From Seison nebaliae (Eukaryota): a stretch of 20,000 nt of DNA. Below are positions 11,851 to 20,000 of this stretch, in pieces. The stretch is from contig JALJEE010002614.1 of the NCBI GenBank assembly GCA_023231475.1, forward strand, positions 50,392 to 70,391. Direction: 5' to 3'. Position 1 is the first letter of the stretch, and every line of letters starts with the position of its first letter. Made by a program: the position numbers and the translations under genes. The notes below the pieces were generated by a model. It saw only the letters and a list, made by a program, of their open reading frames with translations, was not told the DNA's origin and made no database searches.

Positions 11851-14800
11851 ATGTAAATAAATTCACATAATTTCTTTAAATTTAATAATCTCTAATCATT
11901 ATTCAATGTGAGAATTAGCATTTCGATTATAATGCAATGAGTAATTTCTCTCGCTTATCTGCTGAAGGGAGAGAAGCCAGGTAGATGCATGGAGGAAAAA
12001 TGAGAAGGAATGTTATCGATAATGACTGGCAACATACGAGAATGCCTACTAATAATAATAATAATGAGCCGAAATTTATGAGAGAATATGAATATGCAAT
12101 TTAGACACAACTGGAAACTTTTCATTTTCTTTTCATGAATTCACACTTATCCGTAGGACAGTAATCGTTTGGTTTTGAGGAAATCGTTGAGAAATAATAG
12201 AAATATGAAGAGGATGAAATATGCGAGATATGTATCATATGTATCTGGAGATTAACAACATTAAATTCATCACAATAACAATAATCGACAAACATGTTCC
12301 AAATCGATTCTATATGTTCATTATCGAGTGAAAGGGATTGAGGAGAAATGTTTTCTAATATTCGAATATTCGAATACCTGAACAGTTCCCACACAACTCT
12401 AATTGGAACGTCCTTCGAGGTCTCCTCAATTTGTTTATAATTTTCGCTTCGTTCACAAAATCATTTCTTATTAGTCTGCCAGCAAATGACTTCAACTCAA
12501 CTACAACCTACTCCGCAAAACAAATTCTCCTCTCCACTATCATCCTGTGCACCATCGTTATTATTTATCCTTATCCGATTGCTCATCCTTCTCATCGTCT
12601 CTAATTCTAATTGCACTACATTTGGGGAATATGAAAAATTAGGTTTATATTTCCTTCTCCTCAATCGAACTGGCGAAAAACATCTTTCTTCCTTCTTCTG
12701 TTCCAGCCTACACTAAATGAGAATCAACTACTCTTCTTCATTCTATTACACTTCTACATTCGATTACGTAATTTCAAATTGTGCCATATATTCTCCCACC
12801 TATTCATTGACGATGTATATACGTCCAAATGACATGTGCACAATCTTCCTCCTTTTTCTCATCATTTGATAGACGATGCCTCTTGTGTCATTTCATCTAT
12901 GTCGACAGACAACCAGATCAAACTGAAAAATAACAAGATGAACAAATACACAAACATTTTAACTGATATCCATCTGTTTCTACTTCACTACTCCTACTCG
13001 GCCGTCATCGATCGATGTCTCTCCTTTATGAGCATTAAAGTGATCGATGATATTCTCATCAACTTCCCATTCATTCCACTAATTTCACTCACGAAATTTA
13101 AATTCTCTTTTTCATCAAATCAGAAATCATCACAATGATTTATGCATATGTTGTGCATTAGTAACAATAATAGCACAGAACAATCAAATTGAAACCTTTG
13201 ACTCAATTGATTAGAATCATATCGATTTCCCCATACATTCTCCCATTCGAACAAACAACCACTTCCTCCCAATGTTACAATAGACGTAATGTCATAATGA
13301 ATGATTATTCTTTGTTGAATATCGATGAATTGAGTTTGCATGTTCTTCCGCATTCCACGAATCTGATATTAAAAAATTAATTAGGAGATATTACTGATGA
13401 CAAAATCCGAGTGTGTCGCACAGTACTTTCATTAAAGTGCTTATTCTCTTCTCCTCTTGTCGTATTTGTTTACCAAAAATTTTTCATATTTTTCTTTCCG
13501 AAAATCATAAAGTGAATTTGATGCGATCCGTTCTTAAATGTTGTTTGTCTTCAATTTCTATTTCCATCTCTATTTATTTCCATTATCTTATCAGTTTCCA
13601 ATTGAATTACTTCTGTGTCGTTCCTTCCATCCACATATCACTCTCACTGATCTGATGGAAATAAAAGATTTAGAAGAATAATCATCAAAAGTAGAAAGAA
13701 CAATAAGATTCCAATCAGAAATATCTACAATCTTACACGATTTTGTTTCTTACGAATAAAGAATTAACTAAAATAAAATTATCTTGGAAATAAAAGAGGA
13801 GAAAGAAATTTTCATATTTAATTGAAAATTCCGTTTCCAACACATTCACGTTTTGTGGACCTCATAATTTTGAGAAGAAAAAATTTATTTTTTATTCCAT
13901 CACCTTTATCATTATCGTTTTGTTATCGTAATAATTATTATTCGAATCAATAGTAATTGTTAGTACATTTCGAACAGTAATTAATAATTCTCGGTGGAAA
14001 GACAGAATGTTGAGAAGAGACTTCGATTTTGCAAAGTTTTCAACTTTTCTTTTCATTATATTGAGCACAAGACATGTGAAGATTTCGAAGACGAAGTAGA
14101 AAGACATCTGTTTTAAATCGATTATTTACCTTCACCATACACAATACAGTTTGTGAAATATATGATTACGTTGTACATTAATGAAGAACATTTATGCACT
14201 TTCATCAGTCTCCTTATACCAACAATTACTAGTTTTCTCCTTCTCCATCGTCTCATTCTTTCTTTTCGCTTTTCATTCTCATCTACAATTCAATTTCCAT
14301 CTTCTCCATTGTACACACTTATTTTTAGGAGATTCGTGTTGTCGAGGACGTGTTGGGACAAATCGATTAATCATTTGCAATTGGATATCACAATGTCGAT
14401 TCTCATCCTTTTTCCTTCAAATCAGTTTTCTCCAATAAATAAACTTCCAAATTAATGAAACTTCATCATGCCAAAGAAAACTGGAAAGATAAATGATGTC
14501 AATTGTCTCCGATATTATTGATATCCCAAATATTAAATAATAATAACTGAAAGTAATTCGATTATACTCGTACAAAAATTCATTTCCTATGCATCATCGG
14601 AGCACAAATATTATTTTCCTTCTTCTTCTTCTTCTTCTCATTCCATATAAAGAATATCTTTATTTAAATAAGAGCGGATGAGCATGATCAATAACATTCC
14701 GTAAAGTTTAAGAAAGAATTCTTCTATATAATCAACAGAAGAAAGAAAGAAAGAAAGAAATTTTTATTTGTGAAATTGTTACTTAACTAAAGTGTGGAAA

Positions 14801-15035
14801 TTGAAACTATTTCTCCACAATACTTCTCTCAATAAATATCGGACTTATTTCTTTGGAGTTTGTGAAGATTTTCTGAAAGCGGAAACAATATAAAATCTTA
14901 TTAAGGAACAGTATAAAAATAAAATTTTATTAAAGAATATTCGAAAAATAAAATTTGTTTGAAAAAAATTAAACTTCGTGTAAATCATCTTAAGCTCATT
15001 AATAAATAGTTCAGTTTTTGAGTTCTTTCTGTTAA

Positions 15036-15778
15036 TTATTCCTCCTCATGTTTCGAATAACTTTTCACTGATTGTGATCGACTGATGGTTTTGACAACGA
15101 CGTTCCTCGAACGTTTATTCAAATTATCTCGATATTCGCAATGTTTGTCGAATGACTTGAGCATTTTCTTCCGACTGTAAAATGGTTTAGCTTCTCTCAT
15201 TCGTCGTAGAATATTCAAATTTTCTCTATCGATTCTTAATAATTCTCTTTCTTTCTTCCCACGATTCAAACTGCAAATCATTATCGTGCACAGTCGATTA
15301 CGATTCCAATTGTACCGATTCATTCAACCATATAATCAGAGTTAATGAGAAAAGATGAAGCACATCGTCATGTATAACAAATAAATAATTTAATTAATCG
15401 TCAACCGATTAGACGGAAGAGAAAAAGACCTTTTAAATTTCACGTCTTGTAAATTATCAATTTGACTTTTCGTCCTCATAATTTTCGCCATCTTCTCCAA
15501 CAGATTTTTGTTGTCCGATTCGATTTGTTTTCGTCGGTCATCTTCCATCATCTCCTTCTTAGCCTTTCTCTCCAAATGACCGTACCGTTTCGGCTCACTT
15601 GAATCCACCATCGCTCCCGTTGTACTTTTCTATGATGGAAATTTAATTGAATTACAATTAACAAATATTTTATCTTAACTAAATTGATGTGTTGTTGATA
15701 TTGATCCTGATCCCATCTCTCTTGGAGAAGATGACTGGCGGCTGGTTTGATCGGTTCATATTTAGTAGGGATATTCAT
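15036..15778 (-). CDS. CFAP97-domain (Hemingway/KIAA1430 family, CFAP97D1/D2-like) ciliary/flagellar protein, 3 exons, 177 aa
   Basis: Exons 15778-15680, 15629-15430, 15270-15036; introns 15679-15630 (50 nt, GTTAAG..TAG) and 15429-15271 (159 nt, GTCTTT..CAG). Product has the family motifs LLQERWD...HINL|KSTTGAMVDSSEP...HL...IESDNKNLLEKMAKIMRTK...KSLNRGKKERELLRIDRENLNILRRMREAKPFYS. Confidence 0.85.
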
Positions 15779-16014
15779 TTGTGAAAAAAATTGAAAATTC
15801 TTAAAAACAAAATTTGTTATTGTTGAATAAGTTTCTGGTTACTTTGGTGATAAGGTGAAATCTATTAAATCATTGATTGAATGTCAATGTCGGGAGTAAT
15901 TGATGAATTTCCGCATTTGTCAATGTTGAGGAAATTCCGAATAAAGCCAAATTTGGAGAATGGAAATAATTATGGAAAATTCGAATTTTAAGCTTCGAAG
16001 AAAAAAGAAGAAAA

Positions 16015-16839
16015 ATGAAAATATTTAGATCTCTTCTACCAATTTTCCGACAGTCCTTCATTCCAAAAGTGAATGGAAGACAATTCTCAATAACGACCAC
16101 ATTGAATGAATATAAGGAAATTGATCGAAATGTGAAACATCAATTTCTTAACGTCTCTATCGATCAAAATAAACAATTGAAAAAATTCGGAGAATTCGTT
16201 GGAGAATGTCTCCCGAAATATGTGGAGAAAGTGCAATTAAATAATGTTAATGAATTGGAATTATTGATTAATCCATCTGGTATTATTCCTGTTCTCTCCT
16301 TCTTAAAATTACATCAAAATGCACAATTTCAATCATTATCCGATTTGACAGCGATCGATGTTCCGACGAGACAATATCGATTTGAAATTATTTATAATTT
16401 ACTTTCACTTCGATATAATTCTCGAATTCGAGTCAAAACTTATACTGACGAATTGACTCCCATCGATAGTTGTAGTTCCGTCTTCTCAGCAGCCAATTGG
16501 TATGAAAGAGAAGTTAATTTTAATTATAATCATTTTCTATTTTCATCGTTTCTAATTCAGGTTTTCGATATGTATGGAGTATTCTTTTCAGGACATCCAG
16601 ATCTCCGACGAATTCTCACAGATTACGGATTTGAAGGACATCCACAAAGGAAAGATTTCCCGTTGACAGGCTATGTCGAAGTTCGATATGACGAAGAAGT
16701 TCATCGTGTCATAGCCGAACCGGTGGAATTGGCACAGGAATATCGAAAATTCGATTTGAATTCACCATGGGAATATTTCCCGAAACAACGACAAGAGAAT
16801 GTAGAAGAGAAGAAACAAATTGACGAAAAGAAAAAATAA
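16015..16839 (+). CDS. NDUFS3: NADH dehydrogenase [ubiquinone] iron-sulfur protein 3 (complex I 30 kDa subunit) with mitochondrial presequence, 2 exons, 258 aa
   Basis: Motifs [83 protein letters not shown] 48-nt in-frame intron at 16513-16560 (GTTAAT..CAG) is read through by the ORF track. R/S/F-rich N-terminal presequence. Confidence 0.97.
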   Translation: MKIFRSLLPIFRQSFIPKVNGRQFSITTTLNEYKEIDRNVKHQFLNVSIDQNKQLKKFGEFVGECLPKYVEKVQLNNVNELELLINPSGIIPVLSFLKLHQNAQFQSLSDLTAIDVPTRQYRFEIIYNLLSLRYNSRIRVKTYTDELTPIDSCSSVFSAANWYEREVNFNYNHFLFSSFLIQVFDMYGVFFSGHPDLRRILTDYGFEGHPQRKDFPLTGYVEVRYDEEVHRVIAEPVELAQEYRKFDLNSPWEYFPKQRQENVEEKKQIDEKKK

Positions 16840-16860
16840 TAGAATTTGAAAAATTGAAAA

Positions 16861-17150
16861 TTTTATTAAAATATTTGGGAAATATCTTAAAAATGTTTTT
16901 TCTAAATTATTTAAAAATTTTATTCAAAAATATTCTTTCTAAAATATTTAGAACTACTCCTTAAAAAGGTTTCTTCTTAATTTTAGAATTTTCTTTTAGA
17001 ATGTAAATTATTTAAAAATTTTATTCAAAAATATTTAAAAATTTATCGTTAGAAATGTTTTTTGTAAATTATTTAGAATTTTTCTTTAAATATAGTTTCT
17101 AAATATATTTGGGAAATGTCTTTAAAAAAGTTTTTTCTAAAATCCTTATA
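16861..17150. repeat. AT-rich degenerate direct-repeat array between convergent NDUFS3 and importin-alpha
   Basis: Identical 32-mer TAAATTATTTAAAAATTTTATTCAAAAATATT at 16903-16934 and 17004-17035; ATATTTGGGAAAT recurs near 16871 and 17105. Confidence 0.75.
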
Positions 17151-17235
17151 AAAAATTGGAGAATTCAAAAAAAGAACAGGAGAGAAAGAGAAAGAGAGAG
17201 ATAGAAAGAAAGTTCTGTAAGAAAATATCAAAAAT

Positions 17236-18864
17236 TTATAAATTGAGAGTGGTAGAATCGACCTTGAAATCGAATTGTTCCTCGTTCAACAAATCTGACA
17301 TTTCCGGATTCTCCGTTCCATCGTGGAAGAGATTGAGTAGACTTTCAGTTGCTGCAGTAACATCTTCTCCGAAGTTGCTTTGAAGAATGTCGTTCAACTT
17401 GTCGATGATATCCAATTCTTCCAATAATGTCACCAGATTCTCCTGGTCGTCATTCTCCGCTGCAATTCGGAAGAGATTTCTAATTGAATCCAAGACAACT
17501 TTGATAAATTTTGAATCTTTCGATTTCAACAAATTTATCAATGGCGGCAATACATTGGCTTGAAGTAATTGTTGAATTTGAAATATAGTACCACCAGAAA
17601 TGATATTGGTGATGACCCAAGCGGCTTCACGTTGAATTCGGAATTCAGCCGTACACATTAAATCAATAACTTTTCCGATGATATCTGTTTTGAGAACGGC
17701 ATCAATTTGCGATTCGGTACCAGCAGTGATATTGGAAATTGTCCAAGCGGTTTCTTTTTGTAAAGTATTTTTGTCAACTTTCAAAAGAATGGACAATGCA
17801 GGAAGTGCATTCGCTTCTACCACTTTCTGTGTCTGTGCATCATTTCCTGTAACGATATTACCGATAGCACGGACAGCCGGTGTAACTAAATTATAAGATT
17901 CACAGGATAATAATTGAACGAGAGAAGTGATGACACCATGTTTAATGACAACATCAATATGTTGTTCACTTCCATCTGTTATATACGATAATGCCCAACA
18001 TGCATCAACTAACAATTCTTTTTCATTAATCGAATTTTCGTCAACAATTAAGTTATGAAAAATTGGAATTAATTTATCTGCTGTTTCCAAACTACAACAT
18101 GGATGTTTATTTCGAACTAAATTCGATAATGTCCAAGTAATATTTCGAACGAAAGATGAATTCAAATCATTTCGTTTATGAAACAATTTCAAAATCGGAT
18201 CAATCGCATTACATTCCGTCACTTTATCACGTAATCGTGAACCATCACCAGCGATATTGCCAAGTGCCCAAATACATTGTTCACACAAATGTAAATAATT
18301 TGATGATAATAATCGGACTAATTGTGGGACTGCACCACAATTGACGACTTGTTGCGTTTGACGTGATGTCCCCGAAGCGATATTAGTGATGGCCCAAGCT
18401 GCTTCGAATGGAATATTCGTTACACGACCCTCCATCGGATACGATAACAATTTGACGAGAATCGGTACAAAACCGTTTTCGATGACTTCGTCGATCGGAG
18501 GATTTTGTTCGCTCGATAAGATTTTTCGAATTTTCATCGTCGCTTCATAAATCTTAATTTTCTCGCCAGATTCCATGTCTTTTCTGAGAGTCAATAAATT
18601 CAGTCCATTATCTCCAGACGATTTCGATTCATTTTCCTTTTGAAGATTTGTCGATGAAGAGATCAAGTTAGTGGAGATGGGGGGAATGTTCTCCGAGTCG
18701 AGACGAGTCGAATTGCAATTTCGTCTTTTCATCAATTGCTCATCTTTTTTCTGCTTTCGTAAATCAATCGATACCTGACTACGTCGACGACGTAACTCTT
18801 CCGAATTATTGGCATTGTTCTGGAATCGTCTCAATCGACTTTTATGGAAATCTATGTCACTCAT
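17236..18864 (-). CDS. Importin subunit alpha (karyopherin alpha; probably alpha-2/pendulin-like), intronless, 542 aa
   Basis: IBB domain (ELRRRR...LRKQKKDEQLMKRRN) and ARM repeats (FEAAWAITNIASG, EQCIWALGNIAGD, DACWALSYITDG, TPAVRAIGNIVTG, QKETAWTISNITAG, QREAAWVITN). Clade assignment is tentative. Confidence 0.96.
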   Translation of the reverse strand: MSDIDFHKSRLRRFQNNANNSEELRRRRSQVSIDLRKQKKDEQLMKRRNCNSTRLDSENIPPISTNLISSSTNLQKENESKSSGDNGLNLLTLRKDMESGEKIKIYEATMKIRKILSSEQNPPIDEVIENGFVPILVKLLSYPMEGRVTNIPFEAAWAITNIASGTSRQTQQVVNCGAVPQLVRLLSSNYLHLCEQCIWALGNIAGDGSRLRDKVTECNAIDPILKLFHKRNDLNSSFVRNITWTLSNLVRNKHPCCSLETADKLIPIFHNLIVDENSINEKELLVDACWALSYITDGSEQHIDVVIKHGVITSLVQLLSCESYNLVTPAVRAIGNIVTGNDAQTQKVVEANALPALSILLKVDKNTLQKETAWTISNITAGTESQIDAVLKTDIIGKVIDLMCTAEFRIQREAAWVITNIISGGTIFQIQQLLQANVLPPLINLLKSKDSKFIKVVLDSIRNLFRIAAENDDQENLVTLLEELDIIDKLNDILQSNFGEDVTAATESLLNLFHDGTENPEMSDLLNEEQFDFKVDSTTLNL

Positions 18865-18962
18865 TATCTTTCAATTCAACAAAAATATTTTTTGAATAAG
18901 AAAAAGAACTAAACTAAAAGAATATCTAAAATAAAATATTTAAAATAAACAAATCTATAAAT

Positions 18963-18982
18963 GAGAGAGAGAGAGAGAGAGA
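18963..18982. repeat. (GA)10 microsatellite
   Basis: Direct reading; about 100 bp upstream of the importin-alpha ATG. Confidence 0.9.
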
Positions 18983-19264
18983 AAGAAAGTGATAATTGTA
19001 AAAAGAAACTGCCAGACACATGTGGAAAATGTGGGAAATGATTTGAAAGAGAAGAAATGTTGGTTAAAACAGAAAATAAAAAACAAAGGCCGTTAATCTA
19101 ATGAAGGAAATTTTTTCAGCATATTACAATCTAAATCATATCATTATCTCTCAAACAAATGGCTTTCTTCACATGTGATAATTGTGCTAATATTTAAATT
19201 TTAAATTTATTATTTCTATAGTTTATTTAATAAATTTATAAGTCAATTCAAACTTAATCATGTG

Positions 19265-19336
19265 GGCTTGGTGGTCTAGTGGTATGATTTTCGCTTCGGG
19301 TGCGAGAGGTCCCGGGTTCAATCCCCGGCCAAGCCC
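19265..19336 (+). tRNA. tRNA-Pro (anticodon CGG), intronless
   Basis: GGCTTGG/CCAAGCC acceptor stem, A-box TGGTCTAGTGG, anticodon arm TTCGC-TTCGGGT-GCGAG (CGG at 19297-19299), T-arm CCGGG-TTCAATC-CCCGG; Pol III terminator TTTTT at 19343-19347. Confidence 0.97.
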
Positions 19337-19446
19337 AAGAAATTTTTCTTTTTAAAATTATCGTAGATGAATGAAGGTGAATGAAATTCTATGGTTATAC
19401 TATTATATCTATATTAATCTATATCTATTATAATTATATACTATAC

Positions 19447-20000
19447 TACACTATTTGTGTTGCGAGTGGATTAATTAAAGTAATCGAGCAAATTATTAAG
19501 AATAGATACTCAAAAGAATTATGTTCGTCGAAATTTCAGTTTGCTTATCGTGAACATAATAGAGGTACATTGACTCTTATCTTTCTTTTGAAATATCTCA
19601 TCTATTTGTCTCGGATCCTTAATTCAAAGTTCGTTTTCTTTTTCATGGACGCGTCTTTTATTTCTGTCTCTATGGATCATGCTATCGACAATTGATGACT
19701 ATCCTCTTTCCTTTATCAATAAAATTTTCACCGATTCCTTCGGTGTGATACGAGATGGACCTAAGAAGTCCAATATTTTTCGTATAAATAAAGGAGTGAG
19801 ACAAGGTTGAGTACTCGCTCCTTGGATATTCGGGAAAGTGATTGATAAAATTCTCAGTTCAATCTAATCAGTTATTCTCATTTAAAATAGGAATGGAGTC
19901 GTTTCCTGCAGTTTTGGCATATGCTGACGATATTTTGATTTGTTCTAATAACGTCAGTCAATGTAAGAAGACTATTGATTTCATCAGTAATCGATTAGCT
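19447..20000 (+). mobile_element. Degenerate non-LTR (LINE-type) retrotransposon reverse transcriptase fragment, truncated at window edge
   Basis: RT motifs in the correct order across three frames: YTICVASGLIKVIEQIIKNR...FQFAYREHNRGT...FVFFFMDASFISVS (cf. RPI..K..E..Q.GFR..D..KAFDSV); SNIFRINKGVRQG*VLAPWIF (GVRQG* at 19793-19810); FKIG...VLAYADDILI (YADD at 19920-19931). Contains in-frame stops and at least two frameshifts. Confidence 0.9.

Noticed and set aside
12122..14455. Short ORFs between 12.1 and 14.5 kb as genes
   Set aside because: Many have non-ATG starts, none has recognisable motifs, and I could not join them into a consistent spliced frame.
11751..17150. Repeat clusters at 11751-11850 and 16861-17150 as CRISPR-like arrays
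   Set aside because: Eukaryotic context, AT-rich degenerate units, no constant repeat with unique regular spacers, no cas genes.
17156..18344. Plus-strand ORFs antisense to importin-alpha and minus-strand ORF 15870..16100 antisense to NDUFS3
   Set aside because: Antisense shadows of genuine coding sequence with no independent support.
19793..19810. TGA inside GVRQG*VLAP as evidence of stop-codon recoding or an alternative genetic code
   Set aside because: The same element has frameshifts and other stops, while intact genes translate with the standard code and use TGG for Trp; this is pseudogene decay.

Overview
AT-rich, gene-dense eukaryotic (most likely invertebrate animal) nuclear DNA with very short spliceosomal introns; I cannot identify the organism. 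Well-supported genes, left to right: an SRSF3/SRSF7-like RRM protein (-, 3 exons), proteasome subunit PSMA1 (+, 10 exons), an unknown 2-TM protein (+), a secreted prepropeptide-like ORF (-), a long unknown membrane-protein exon (-), a CFAP97D/Hemingway-family ciliary protein (-, 3 exons), NDUFS3 (+, 2 exons), intronless importin-alpha (-), tRNA-Pro(CGG), and a decayed non-LTR retrotransposon reverse transcriptase running off the right edge. The most striking signal is the splicing code. All 14 introns placed by homology or reading-frame restoration start GT-pyrimidine (13 GTT, 1 GTC). None has the near-universal G at +5, and 11 have A rather than G as the last exon base. The consensus is AA|GTTAAT rather than AG|GTRAGT, suggesting a re-wired 5' splice-site recognition system.
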